The notes: generated by a model from the letters alone, not told the origin. DNA of 64,000 bases from Narcine bancroftii (GCF_036971445.1 NC_091469.1:422778001-422842000), one strand, 5' to 3'. Shown: positions 42,602 to 56,429, counted from the stretch's first letter. Made by a program: numbers and translations.

Positions 42602-42812
42602 CAGACATTCTCAACCTTATTTTGCCTCTGGCCCCCTAAGGACACCACTCAAAAGTTTATGGGCGCTCCCCCCCCCACTCTTTACTGTGAAGCAGTCAAG
42701 TTTAGTTGATTTCTTCCGAACATCTCTCTGACTGACGACACAAAAAATATTTTATGATTTCAGTCCATGGACCCCTCTGAAAGGTGCAATGGCCCCCCCT
42801 TGAGAATCGCCG
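42602..42812. mobile_element. hAT-family MITE with 8-bp TSD
   Basis: ATGTAAAC at 42594-42601 and 42813-42820. Imperfect TIRs CAGACATTCTCAA / TTGAGAATCGCCG. Confidence 0.8.
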
Positions 42813-43434
42813 ATGTAAACAATTGATCCAAAACAAAGCTATCAACACAGTCCTTCCCATTTAAGACACCACAAAAAATTTTTAAAAATTGTTTTTAAAC
42901 TTAAATGTTGGGCAGGTGAGAGGGAAAATTGGTACCAACCACAAAACAGGTAGTGTCTGATTTTTAGAAAATATTCCAAGTTACAATGTAAAGACAAGCA
43001 AGATATAGGACATATGGATTTCAGAACAGGATTAAAAGTTGATTTAAAACAGTGCATACCAAAATTTGACTGGTCACAAACAAATGAATGAGAACACATT
43101 TATAACATCAGACAATTATTTCACAAATTTTGTCAAAGACATTAATACTGTTACAAAATCATGCCAAAATCTTAAATAATGAATAAAAACATAAAACGTT
43201 GGCAGCATTTGGGGTAAAGGGACTGTTTCCTTGCTGCAAAACTCGACATCACTAAATAATTGAACATTTTTTCAAGCACCACTGAACACCTAAGAACATA
43301 AGGAGGAGGCCATCCAGCCCATCGAGCTTGCTCCGCCATTCAGTAAGATCACGCTGATCACTGACTTAACTCCACCCACCTGCCTTCTCCCCCATATCCC
43401 TCAATTCTTTTTTTATGTAAAAATCTATCTAACT

Positions 43435-43622
43435 CAGGGGTCAGCAAACTTTTTAAACCATCGACCACTTCATGGAATCCTTGCTCTCCCATTGACCCCC
43501 AAGCATGTAAAACAAATAAATATTATCAATAATAAATTTCTCCATAGCCTAGACATTTATCAACCCCTTGGATAGTCCCATCGATCCCCAGGGGTTAATA
43601 TAGACTACTTTGCCGACCCCTG
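43435..43622. mobile_element. hAT-family MITE with 8-bp TSD, inserted in a minus-strand CR1 3' fragment (about 43290-43880)
   Basis: TIRs CAGGGGTCAGCAAA / TTTGCCGACCCCTG (13/14). TSD ATCTAACT at 43427-43434 and 43623-43630. Confidence 0.88.
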
Positions 43623-45219
43623 ATCTAACTGAACCTTTAATATGTTTAATGAAGTAGTCTCAACAGCTTCCCTGGGTAGAGAATTCCAAAGATTCACTAC
43701 TCTCTGGGAAAAACAGTTTTTCCACATCTCTATCTTACCCTGGATCTTGAGGCTGTATCCCCTAGTTCTGGTCTCAGTGAAGACAAATTTCCTGCCTCTA
43801 TTTTATCTATCCCTTTCATAATTTTGTATGTTTCTATTCTCGTTCTTCTGAATTCAAGTGAGTATAATCCCAGACTATTTAGTCAAATGGCATTCCCCAC
43901 TATGCAAATCCTCACCAAACCCTGGATGAACAAATTATAATTAAAAGAATTAAAATGACCCCCACCAAGTTTAGTAGAATCTTAATAACATGATGTGCCA
44001 ATCTACAAGTCTTTCACCGTCTTCAATAGTAATAGTGCCCCAATTTCTGCAACTTTTGAATTTTAAAATGACAGGGTATTTTCGAAGACAAATTGTCAAC
44101 CTTATTCTGTCCCCAAAGTGACAGCACAAGTTCAGGTCTTGATTTTAGGGCCTAGGATTTTATAAACTCTACATATTGTCAAAATCATAAACGGGATATA
44201 ACATGATGCATTTTCGTTATTATTTGTAAACATGGATTAACTCACTAGTAGAAACAAGGCTAATAGGAGAAAAAAAGGAATCTTCAACCGTAGTCATCTT
44301 CTACTGTGTATCCGCCTACTCAAGCCCTGGGAAAAAATAATCAGCAATTGCTCACATATAAATAAAGTCAGCATTTCAAACACATTTTGGTGCAATCAAA
44401 ACAATAACTTTAAAAACCTATTTAAATTCTGGTACCATATTTCTATTAAAAGATGCCAAAGATAACTGAATGAAGCATTCAACCACATGAAAACAAGGGG
44501 CCAAACCACCAAATTAACGTTTTACGATTCAAGCAGATCTGCACCTACCAAGTCAACTTTTTTTTAAAAAAAAGAACTCGAGAATTTAAAGAACTGAAAT
44601 CTGCCACACATTAAGCTTTCACCAATTCTTTCACTAAAACCTGATAACAACCATAACTGCCGACAAGATTATCTTTTGAGTTTTCCTTGTAAATCATATA
44701 ATCAGATAGTTCTACGCTCACCTCAAATTAATTTGGAAAACTGTAGCTTTCCGAAAAAGACAAACTCGACCGAAATCATTGAGAATGCCTGATCCAAACT
44801 TTTTAGTAACCACGTTTACTTTTAGCAATATTGTACCGTGTACCAGTCCTCTAGTCGAGTTTAACGGGAGAATAAATCTAAATAGTGTCAATTTCCGCAC
44901 ATCCAAGTACGGCCTTTGTGGTTTTCTGCAATTAAATTAGCCAACAAAAAGGCGCTTCAAGTGTTATTTAACCTACAAATACACTAACGTCAAAATCATA
45001 CAACCAAGTAAAGCAACATTTCTAAGCCCCAGGATTAAAAGACAAGACGACTACCTCAACAGAGGTCACGGAAATCAATAAAACACCTAGAACAAAACGC
45101 AGACTCAATTGCTTTGGAGGCCAAAGCATCATTTAGTTGCCGCCCAGGCACAAACACTCCGAGAACTAGGGGCCTGCAATCAATAAAACAACGCAAGTTT
45201 ATTTATTTCATTTAAGTGG

Positions 45220-46110
45220 GCCCCGAACAGCGATGCGGCGGTACTTCAGGGACAGCCGCAACCAGTGAAGCTCTGATGGCGGCGAGCGAGCAAGGCCACC
45301 GCCGCCGCCTGCCTGCTTGCCGCCCTACCTGCCCTCTCCGCTCCGCTCCACCTCTCGCTTCTCCGCCACTCGGCTCGGCCACTCACTGTCCCGCCAAAAA
45401 CCACACGCGAGCATAACACGCATGCGCGCGGGGGCGGGGGTCGCCCTGTTGCCCTGATTCTCAGCGCGACTTAAACTTCAATTAATGACCAACTGACCAG
45501 TGCCCGTAACCTGAAAGAGGAAATTTCGCATCGTTATATTCAAATTTTAAAAAATCCAAAATCTTTGAATTTTGTCTATGGTTTCGCAATTGTCATGTGA
45601 TCCAGATTAAATTTCAGAGAATGAGTTGGCGAAATTTTGTGAACACACTGCAATCATTTTATGACTTTTTGTCGAAAATACAATCTATAATTTTGAAGGA
45701 AAATATTTTACGTGAATTTAAAAAGTTATTTTAAATTGCGTCATCCTGCTCCGGTTCGTTTTTTCCGCAAAAGGCCAGAGGCTCAATGAGTCATATTTAT
45801 CAGTGATTTTTTTTTTAAAAAAATCTGTTTATTTTAGATTTTATAGAGAACGCGTCAACTTTTTAGTCAGACTTTCTCGTTTTGGACAATCTTGCAGACG
45901 CGAAGTCGATTTATTTTCAGTGGGCGAGTCACGTGACCCGGGCGTCCATTTTGTGTGACTGCAGAAGGTTCTGGAAAGCGGATTGACGGCCTCGGGCTCG
46001 GCCGACGGCTTTCTTTTGCTCATCTTCCGCGTCAACTTGCAACGGAATTCAAAGTTCTCCAGTTCGGGTCTAACTTTTTTTTTTAAAAAAGAACCATTCT
46101 CGCCCACAGG
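45220..46110. promoter_or_regulatory. Bidirectional CBX3/HNRNPA2B1 promoter (position orthologous to the A2UCOE)
   Basis: Two CpG-rich patches with an NRF1-like CGCATGCGCG (45419-45428), GC box GGGGCGGGG (45431-45439), AP-1 TGAGTCA (45787-45793), E-box GTCACGTGAC (45928-45937), YY1-like CCATTTT (about 45946) and HSE GAAggTTCtgGAA (45964-45976). Confidence 0.8.
45387..45420 (-). other. CBX3: Probable non-coding first exon of CBX3 (5' boundary uncertain)
   Basis: Minus-strand donor ACA|GTGAGT at 45387/45386 inside a CpG-rich patch, just downstream of GC-box and NRF1-like motifs. Confidence 0.5.
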
Positions 46111-46116
46111 ATGGAG
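46111..46116 (+). CDS. HNRNPA2B1: HNRNPA2B1 exon 1 coding part (ATG GAG = ME)
   Basis: AGGATGGAG|gtaagg: good Kozak context and a canonical donor. Mammalian A2/B1 also has a two-codon first exon. Confidence 0.88.
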
Positions 46117-46204
46117 GTAAGGGATAGAGAGAAAGATTTGAGAGTGTTTCGTTCTCCAGCTTTGAAAAGGGTGATTTAATGATGTTCGCGAGAGGGGACG
46201 ATAG

Positions 46205-46495
<291 letters not shown>

Positions 46496-46879
46496 TGAGG
46501 AATTGGGGGGGTGGCTTGTTATTGAACTTCCAAGTTTAATGATCCTTGTGTGAATTTCAAGATGCCCTCAGTAACAACTCTTTAAAATAAAGTATTCGAG
46601 GCTTTACTATTCACATTTTAGTTACACAGAATGAAAATTTAAATTGGCATTACTTCGTTCTCTATACGTTGAAATGCAGAGTCATTTCGCTTTTTAATAA
46701 CTGGTTTATTACCAGTTGAGGTGTCATCTCTGTAATTTTGAGGGGTTCAGTATTCGCCCTGTGGCACTGAGGGGCTACATTGTGAACCTGCGCAAGTTTG
46801 CTCCATCCTTTCTCATGAAATCATTTGAAATGACGACTGTGAGTGATCATGCTCTTCTCTTTCGGAGATGTTGTTATGA

Positions 46880-47071
<192 letters not shown>

Positions 47072-47229
47072 TGAGAAAATGAACTCTATTTCTGTATAAT
47101 AAGCTTGACAGTTTTCGCAGCTGTTACTTCAATTTTTTTATATTTGTAAGCAGACAATTTGATTGGTCTTGCCTTGATCCACACCTTAAAGAAGGTGGTT
47201 GGTACAGGTTTTCTAGTTTTACAGTATAA

Positions 47230-47860
47230 ACAAAATGCTGGTCACCACCCATTGCCATAACTTCCCCACCGAGGCCACGCTCACGTTGGGAGCCTAAGAG
47301 TCCTGCTCCTACCTGGAAGTCTGAGGTCGGCTACCTCCGGGAACCTGAGGTCCCCAGTCAGTCTAGCTCCAAAAAACTTTCAGATAATTGAGGATTTGGG
47401 GGAATCCGATTTTGGAATTTTTCACATGCACAGTTGTGCCCTATCATTTGAGGGGCTTTCCCTTCGTCTCAAACCCATCAGTGCCTGATAATGACTCTAG
47501 ATTGTGGTCCTTCCTCACTGCGCACTTGCATTGGTTGCACCAAGCCTCAGTGTGTCCCTCAGCGCCTACTTGGGTGGAAGCATGGAATGTGTCAACACCA
47601 ACATCTTGGTGCGCTGAAAGACCAATAGATTTTGGGCAGAACAAAGAATGTCTTAAACTGAATGTAAATTTTCCAGCAGTTCTGTATGTGACTGCAAACC
47701 TGGAAACAGCCTGTGTATCAGAGAGCCCTCTGTTGCGCTGCTGCAGGGGATGAACCATGACCAGAATCCTTGCATCCTTCTCCACACATTTATAAAATCT
47801 GCATTCTGCAAAAGCATGGGCAATAGTCTCCACATGAGTTGATGGAAGTGGAGGGGGAAC
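47230..47860 (-). mobile_element. Tx1-like LINE ORF2 C-terminal remnant
   Basis: ETIAHAFAECRF (zf-RVT-like) in ORF 47444-47863. Confidence 0.55.
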
Positions 47861-47869
47861 CATGTTTTT

Positions 47870-48200
47870 TTGAAGGAGGATGTCTCATGATATCAAATGG
47901 ATGACTGTGTTGGGAGCAGATGCAATGAAGATGGTGGAATTGCAAGAAAGGAATGGGATCCTTCTAAGGGACAGTGTGAAGTGTAATTAACCTAGCTGTG
48001 GCAGTTGGTGGGTTTACAGAAAATGTCTGTCAAGAGTTTGTCTGCTGAGATGGAGACAGAAATAGAGGAAAGGCAGAGGATTGCTGGAGATGGACCAAGT
48101 GAATTTGAGGTCGATATGGAGATTAGCAGCAAAATGGATAAAATTAGCAAGCTCTTCAGTGCATGAGGCAGCACCAAAATAGTCATGTGCTGCCTAATGA
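47870..48200 (-). mobile_element. Penelope-like element RT remnant
   Basis: SISVSISADKLLTDIFCKPTNCHS, followed by a degenerate IPF.QF..L..ICS motif. Confidence 0.6.
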
Positions 48201-48669
48201 CTGTTAGGGCAATTTCTGACCACATTCAAGTCTGTAGTCATAAAAGGTTATAATAGAGTTCAGAAATCCTGATTGGAGATCAGGATGTAGTGGACTTAAC
48301 CAGGCATTGTGATCACAACAGCTTACTGCACTCAACACTTGTATTTCATGTCTCTTGTATCCTGCCAGGCTTATAATGGTACAGTACATAAATAACCAAT
48401 TAAAAAAAGTCTTGATAATCATAAAAACGCCTATGTTGTTGGCTTATTTATGTACTGTTCTTTCTATCGTTATTTCGATGTGAACTTTCCCTACTGATAA
48501 ATAAAGTTAACCGTATTGTACAGTTAAACTACTTAACGCATACAACAGCATTCCCCAAACTGGGTTATTCAGAAGAAATGGGTGCTAATAACTAAAACTT
48601 TTAAAAACTATTTAATTTAAATTACTTTTTACCTGCGTTTCTTAACTGTTGCTTTGGTGCTCACAAAAC

Positions 48670-48727
48670 AAAATGGCATGTTGAGGCCTGACATCTGTAC
48701 TGATGTCAGGCCTCAACATGCCATTTT
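48670..48727. repeat. Perfect 26-bp inverted repeat with 6-nt spacer
   Basis: AAAATGGCATGTTGAGGCCTGACATC-tgtact-GATGTCAGGCCTCAACATGCCATTTT. Confidence 0.95.
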
Positions 48728-50653
48728 CAACCAATGAGATTTGGATTTCTTTTGGCGCAAGGCTGGCCACATTTTTAAATTTTAAATTATCCCACCCCTC
48801 ACTTGCACCCTGCCATATATTACCTTGCCATATACATTAGCTGAAATCCAGATCTGTATGTTAACAGGAGCCAATACAGGTAGAGTACAGTGTCTCATAT
48901 AGCTTTGCTAAATATATAATGTGGTGCTTGCACAACGTCCTATTTCATGCAATCTATCGTGGACATTAGAGCAATGCATGACTAGTCATCAGTGAAGTGA
49001 AGGAATAGTTGAGGAGCCATGCCTGTGTTTGCTTGTCATATGGATTGCTCCACATTGCCAACAAAAAGGCAGACTTAACTGGGCCCCAAGAAAGTGGGAT
49101 GAGACAAAGAAGTTATTGACGATGAGGACAAGTTCTGCCAGCCAAAGGGAGGGTGGTGGTAATAGAGGACACTGGTTGGGTCTGTTGTTGAGGAAGAAAA
49201 AAGGACTTTGAGACATTTGGAAACATTGGTTATATATCTTTACTTCCTATGAACACTGTGAGCCTCGCTGAGTTTCTCCAGCACTTTTCAGTTTTTAACG
49301 ACAATCACAGCATCTGCAGACTTTTTGTTACACTCTGCATCCAGTTTTATGCTGCCTCATGATGATGTACTTCATTAGCCTTCATTAACCTTCATTAAAT
49401 GGTCAAGATCAATGTATAGTACAACTCATAATTATCCAAAATGTGCAGATTAATGGTTTTTACAGAGAATTGGTCATTTTTTAAAAAAACTACCCCGTAT
49501 CAACAGCAAATCACTTGTATAAATGTTTAAACAACAAACATCAAGGGAAGACTTTTTAAAGCATTAAAATGTTTATTTCTTGCCCCAAAAAATGCTGCTG
49601 CCATCGATCCCCAACGCATCCCAACCACCATTGCTGATTCACCGAGACCTCCCAACCGCCGCCGCCATTCCCTGCTGTTGACCCTCAGGGAGGCTTCCCA
49701 GGCTAGTGGAACATTCACTGGTGAGTTGGCGGGCTCCTGTCTCCCCAGTCACCGACGCTCCTGATGCCAGAGTCCTGACTCAGAATTCTTCCCTAAGCCT
49801 ACCACATATGCACACTGGGGGGACGGAATGGCACTGAGCCTCAAGTCCCGCTCCTGCCCAGGAGGCTACTCTCATTGATGATGCCGGAACAAGGAATTCT
49901 CCTGACGGCTTACAGATGGGATACAGTGGCACGCAGTTTGAGAGGGAGAGTTGGAGAGAAAAGTCAATAGGGGAAGATAAAGAAGAAATGGAAAGAGAGA
50001 AGGGAGGGAATTACCTGAAACAAGGACAATTGTTCTAATTTAATGTTGGGTGAATTTCTTTTCAACCTGTGAGGTCATTTCGGCTCTGGAAAAAATAATT
50101 TTGGATAAATGAGGATTTTAGAGAATCTGATTTTGGATCATTGGAGTTGTACTGTAGTTTGATAACTTGGAGTAATTGAATTTTTAATAATAATTTGTTA
50201 TTTAAATTATTAAATGTTTCTGTGCAGGCCATTCTCAGGTTATAAATGTCTGACTTGTGTACACCAGCAAATGCCAATTAGCTCATTGGTGTTGATTTAA
50301 AATGTCAACCTATAAACACTGTTTATTACAATAATGTCAAAGTATGGTTACAAGATTAAGTCTTTTTTTTGGTTTTCCAATTATGGACATGATTTATTGA
50401 AAGATAGCCCATTTGTTGCCCTGGGATGGCCTGTACATCGGAATAACTTGTCAAAAATGTACCACTGCCATTGACTGATTGCTGCTCTGAATCTGCTCCA
50501 CTTTATGGAAAGACCACAGTAATGTCATGCAATATGGACAGCGGTGATTTCAGGATTAGTGTTTGGTTTATGTGCAAGCAGCCAACATGTTGGGTGGATC
50601 ACTGTTCAACCTGTTAAACTTATTTTGCACTTAAATTGGATAATGTTTTTTAG

Positions 50654-50875
<222 letters not shown>

Positions 50876-50986
50876 TGACCGAATTACTGAGAGATGCTAT
50901 CTTTATTACATGATTTCTTATTTGGTCTTCTACAAAATACTCTGCTATTCCCCCAACTCCTCTCCACTCCCTGCCCCAAAAAATAT

Positions 50987-51148
50987 ACAGTAAATCCCCT
51001 GTTAACCAGAATTCGAGGAAGTATCAAACAAAGAAAAATAAATAGGTATTCAGGTTTTGAAATTGGTTTGCCAGACCATGCAGCATGCAATCTCGAGCAA
51101 CTGGAAAATTCACTTATCCGGTCAGTATCTAGGTGCTGGATACCACTG
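50987..51148. mobile_element. Short Tigger-like MITE
   Basis: TA-CAGTAAATCCCCTGTTA ... degenerate inverted end TACCACTGGTTTTGCTG. Shares GCAACTGGAAAATTCACTTATCC with about 29220. Confidence 0.45.
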
Positions 51149-52120
51149 GTTTTGCTGTGCTCTGTTTTCTCAGATTCTGCAAAAATATTTTATCCAGTTT
51201 GGAAGCTACTTCTATTCAATACAATCTCAGTAGTTTCCTTTGTCTTGCTCAGTCTCATTGAAACAATTACTGACATTTAGAGCTACCCTGTGCCTTCAAA
51301 TGGCCTGAATTCAGTCCTGGCTTCTTGTGTATGGAGTTGGTTCTCCACATAACCTGGTTTTCACCCTAGTTTCATCCATATGTGGGTTGATAGGTTCATT
51401 GTTCACATTAAGTTTCCCTTGGTGTTGTAGAATTTGGTGGGGAATTGGGAATGTGAAAAGTATAGGTTACAGGAAGTTATTGGCAAATGGATTTGTGCTG
51501 AAGTCCAGCATGAACATTGAGTTTAAATAGCTTCATATGTTATAAGAAAATATAGTATATGATTTTCATGTGACAAATATAACAGAATTGAGTATTTCCT
51601 TCCTTTCCTTACTCACAGTGGAGAATGAGGAAATGTACTTGTGTTCCATATCAAAAAAAAATTATTCTGGTGAAATTTTGACACAAAAGCAATGTTAGAG
51701 AGGGTCATTAAGAATTTGAGTCAATGAGCTGTTTCTAAAGGATGTTAAAAGTGAAACTTGGAGTGAAAACAAGTTGAAGATGTTAAGCAATCTCGAGCAT
51801 GAGTGCCAATAGAAATTGGGAAAGCGGCACACATCTAAATGCTTACAGAAAAAATAGGATTAAGAGATTTAAAGGCCAAAAAAAAACATTTGAATTCGGG
51901 ATCCATCAGATGGAATGCAACAAACTGAACTTTGTAGGGCCACTTCAGATTGTGATATTTGCACATAACTTCAAGTTCAAATAGACATAGGAGAATTTTC
52001 AGTGTCAGTATTCTGGAAAGTTTCCAATTTACTATTCCACAGTATTTGTTTTGAAGATGCTATAAAATGAATCCAGTTTCTTCCAGATTTTGAAATTGGT
52101 TTTTGTATAGGTTTTGGTAG

Positions 52121-52261
<141 letters not shown>

Positions 52262-53601
52262 TAAGCCACACTGATCAAATTTGCTCAAGGTAATCTGAGA
52301 GTAAACTTGTAGGTTGGTGAATGGGAGGATGGGTGGGAAATATTTCACAATGCAAAATAAATATTTCAGATAATTAGAGTTATTAAAGAATTTGGGGAAA
52401 TTGTAGGTATTATAAAGGAAGTATAACAGGCCACTTGAATTATCTAGAGAGAGCATAACTTTGTTGAAATCTCATTGAATTGGAAAAAATAACAAGTGGA
52501 TATGTTTCCACTTTAGAAGATTTGATGGTGCATTTGAGGTAATGAAACAAGAGTGTGCCAGAATGTTTTTTAAATATATTTTTATTGATATTTTGCAATA
52601 AAAAAAAATTAACAATACATTTATGAAGTGTGCTACAAGATCAGAAAGAATGTTTTCAATGTACAAAGTGGTGTGGATTGGACAATAGAAAACCAAAAAT
52701 AATTTTTGGGAAGGAGGTGGTGTCATTTGATGGAATGGAGATGGGTACTGATTTCAAGTGATTTGGATTAGGGGAATCCAGCATATTGTATCTAGGTGTG
52801 CTGATTAAAATGAAAGTAAATGTACAGACCAGCAAGCAATCAGGAAAAGAAAAGGCACGTTACTGAATTTGTTAGCACGTTGGTGAGGTCATTTGCATGA
52901 CGTACATAGGTTTGGCCTCTTTATTTTAAGGATATACTTGAGATAGAGAACATTTTGCCAAATGAAGTTGTGTGTGAATTTCCCTAATAAGAAAGTAAGC
53001 AGACTCGACTTATATTCCTTTAGAGCTTAAAAGAATAAGGGGTGATCGTAAGTGACTTACAAAATTCTTAAGTGAATTAACAGGATAAGTGAGGGATTGT
53101 TTCTCTCATCTCAATGAGTGCATATTGATTCAGAGCAGCTGTGAAGAAATTTCTCAGAGGGTGAAAGGGGAAAAGTTTAAAGGGAGCATTGGGGGATACA
53201 TGTACAGAATGCTGAGTGTGTGGAATGAGCTGCCAACTGAATTGGTAAATGCACGCTCAAGTTTGACTTTTAAGAAAAATTTGCAGTGGTTAGTCTGGGT
53301 GAAGGTTAGTGGGACTAGGCAAAATAATAGTTGGGCACAGAAGGGTGGAATGGCCTGCTTCTGTGCTGTAATGTTCAATGAAAATGATCTAAGGTGAACT
53401 ATGACAGTTGAAGTGCCAAATATATTCTTAGATATGTGGCTTTTTTGATATTATGGCTATCAAGGGTATTGTGTAGTTAAAAATAGTAAGATTTTTTTAT
53501 AAACCTGTGTTCATGAGCTAGATGGATGTTTCTTGTACTCTTTGTTATCTTTGGTGTTTTGATGAGAAATAATTAGGGCTTCTTCAATATGTAAATAACA
53601 G

Positions 53602-53673
53602 GTGGTGGATTTCGAGGAGACTCTCGAGGCAATTTTCCAATGGGACGTGGTGGAAATTTCGGAGGTGGCCCTA
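53602..53673 (+). CDS. HNRNPA2B1: HNRNPA2B1 exon: Gly-rich/RGG
   Basis: Boundaries aacag|GT...CCTA|gtaagc. 72 nt, phase 1-1, GGGFRGDSRGNFPMGRGGNFGGGP. Confidence 0.9.
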
Positions 53674-53760
53674 GTAAGCTTTTCAGACACATTTGTTTAT
53701 TAAAATATTACTTATTTAGCACATTATGGTGTCTGTCTTTTAAGTTTTTTCTTGTTATAG

Positions 53761-53823
53761 ATGGATTTGGAGGTGGTCGGGGTTTTGGTGATGGTCCTGG
53801 TTTCAATGGTTATGGTGGAGGTG
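53761..53823 (+). CDS. HNRNPA2B1: HNRNPA2B1 exon: Gly-rich
   Basis: Boundaries ttgttatag|AT...GTG|gtaagt. 63 nt, NGFGGGRGFGDGPGFNGYGGG. Confidence 0.92.
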
Positions 53824-56039
53824 GTAAGTTTTTGATTTTTTTTTGTTCTTCTGGTCCACCCTTCATCAATGCATCTGGTTTGTAATTGGAGTAAGCTTCC
53901 ATCAGTTGAATCCCCAACATTTTGCCATTTGAGGGGGTTCATTTTAAACAGCACAAGCAGTAGAGTGTGGTCCTGTCTTGATATTTTAAATTGTTTCTCT
54001 GTAAGCCTGGATGAGAAATAGAGGGTACAATGGAAAGGTTTTCAGAAAAAAATAGCAGAAATTACAGAAAAGGTGAGTTGACAAAAGTACCATTGACAAT
54101 GAAGCACTTGCTTGAATTGGTTTATGAGATCCTAACCCAGACTCCATCCATAGAAGACAGTTTAACCCTGATAGGATAGCAATTACTTTTGGACTGCTGG
54201 TATATCCTTACATAGGCATTCAAAGCTGTACTCAGAATTTGTTGACACAGTATATAATTGTAATAATGAATGTCGATTTTTAAACAATTTTCATTAAAGG
54301 CCAATTTTCAAAGGTTCTTTGAATTCATAATTACTTGCTGTACCCAAATGCTGTTTGTTTTATGAGAATGTGTCCTTCCCTCTGTTCCCTATCCATTTAC
54401 TTTCTCTTGTTTAGATGTCATTCTTTTTACTCTTCCTACCAAAGTGCATGTTCTATACAATTTAGTATTAAATTCCACTTTTTGAATTCTACTTGCTCAA
54501 CTTTCCCCTCCACACAGTATTGTCCTATCTTTGTTCCATCCATAAACATGCACTCCTCCAAATAAATTTGAGGGCCAAGAGCTGATAGATGATTTACTCC
54601 ACTTGTTACATCTCATGTGAAAATTCTTATTTATTCCCTATGATAACTAAATTTTGTATAATAGATAGTAACTGACACCTTATCCGTTGCCAGGATTCCA
54701 AAAACACTGTTTCCCTCGATTTGGCCTTTGTGTTATGAATTGTTAAAATTTCTTTCTATATAGTTATAGCCCACTTGTTACGTTTGAAATATTTGCAGTA
54801 TCTTCCATCATGAGGACTGATGCAAAGTATTTGTTATTCTCTTACATGTAGCTGCCTGCTTCACCCCTCCCATGAAAACCTTGTTAATGGTATTGATACT
54901 GCTTATGATTTGCTCCCCTAATCGGATCTCTCCCTCATTAGCTTTAGCTTTCTACTGCTTGTTCGGAGAATTTATTATTAGTTTTCTATTTTGTTCCAGT
55001 CTTGAATACTTTGCTTGACTTGTAACAGTGCATGGTTCATCTTTCTTAAATAATTCATATTTAATTGGGGTAAGTTGCTGTTGATTGGTATGAAATTACT
55101 TCTCAAATATTGAAGATGATCCACTGCCATTTTCTTTTGGCTATTTTCCTCGTCCACTTCAACAACATTTCCTTCATTGTTGTAATTTTCTACATTTTGA
55201 GAGTACTGGTTTTAGACTGCCGTCTCAAATTTATAAGGAGTTGTACTGTGTTATAATCACTGATCCTTTGAGGATCCTTAATTACTGCCTCGTTACCCTT
55301 TCCCAGGAAGATTTGGAGACCAATTGCTATAAGAAACGATCCTTTATACACCACAAATTTGTCATCCATGCAGGTTGAATATGCACTTTGTAGTCCCTTC
55401 TTGCATGCCTTTGATATTTCCCCAATTATATTTTGAGCTATCATGAGGTACCATGTTGGAGACAACTCCCACTGTTTTGTCTTGGCCCTGCTATTTGTTT
55501 AATCCTCTCAAGCTAATTGCAAATCACGATCTGCAATTTCTTGATTGCTATTCACCATTGCACAGGGTACTTTCCTTGGCTAGTAGTGCTATCTCACATC
55601 CATTGTTTTGCCTCAGCTGTCTCTTGTTATAAATGCTGCATGTCTTAAGATAGAGCCTTGAACTCTTAACTTTTTCATTTTTACTTTGAGCTGTACTTCA
55701 AGAAGGCAATTTTGCAGATTTTCTGTTCCTGTACAAATTTGATTTTTCATTAAATTCATTATCCTGTGCCACTGGCCTCTTTTTATAACTTATTAAACTT
55801 CGCATGAATGGAGATCTTGTTAGTTGAAGCTACGAGGTGGGGAGGGGAATGTATCAGATTTTGTCTTCCTTCTTGCCAAAAATACATTTTTTTGTATGCA
55901 TATTTTCTGTTTCTGGGAGTGGGATTTGTTTTAATAATTTAATTTTAAATTGAATAAGTATCTCCTAGTTAACTTGCTGCTCTTTAGAAATTTTCTGTTC
56001 AGAAATGTTTCTACCAGTCGTGAATTGTAAGTTTTGATC

Positions 56040-56275
56040 GGGCTGAATTCTGCCTGTTGCAGTTCATGAAAACTTCAAATTTGCACACACCCCCCCTCCC
56101 CCCCACCCCAATCCCCCTAAATTCCAATAAGTATAGGCCAAAAGCTGTTAAATGCTCCTCATATAATAAACCTTTCATTCCTGGAATCATCCTTGTGAAT
56201 CTCCACTGAACTCTCTCCAACATCAGCACATCCTTTTTTAAATGAGGACCCAAAACTGCTTACAATAATCTAAGC
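56040..56275 (-). mobile_element. CR1 fragment
   Basis: PHLKKDVLMLERVQWRFTRMIPGMKGLLYEEHL. Confidence 0.75.
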
Positions 56276-56429
56276 ATCTCTTAATTTTATTTCCTTTCTT
56301 GCTTTTATGCACTTCATTCACATTCCTTGAGGATGCACTTTTTTTGTTGAACACTTTGCATCCTGGATGGTTGAATCTGGATGGCTTGCTAAATTCATCC
56401 AATTATTTAATTTGTTTTCTATTATTAAG

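Noticed and set aside
46160-46170. Mini-exon ttctccag|CTTTGAAAAGG|gtgatt as a B1-exon equivalent
   Set aside because: 11 nt, frameshifting, weak donor, and no similarity to the B1 peptide.
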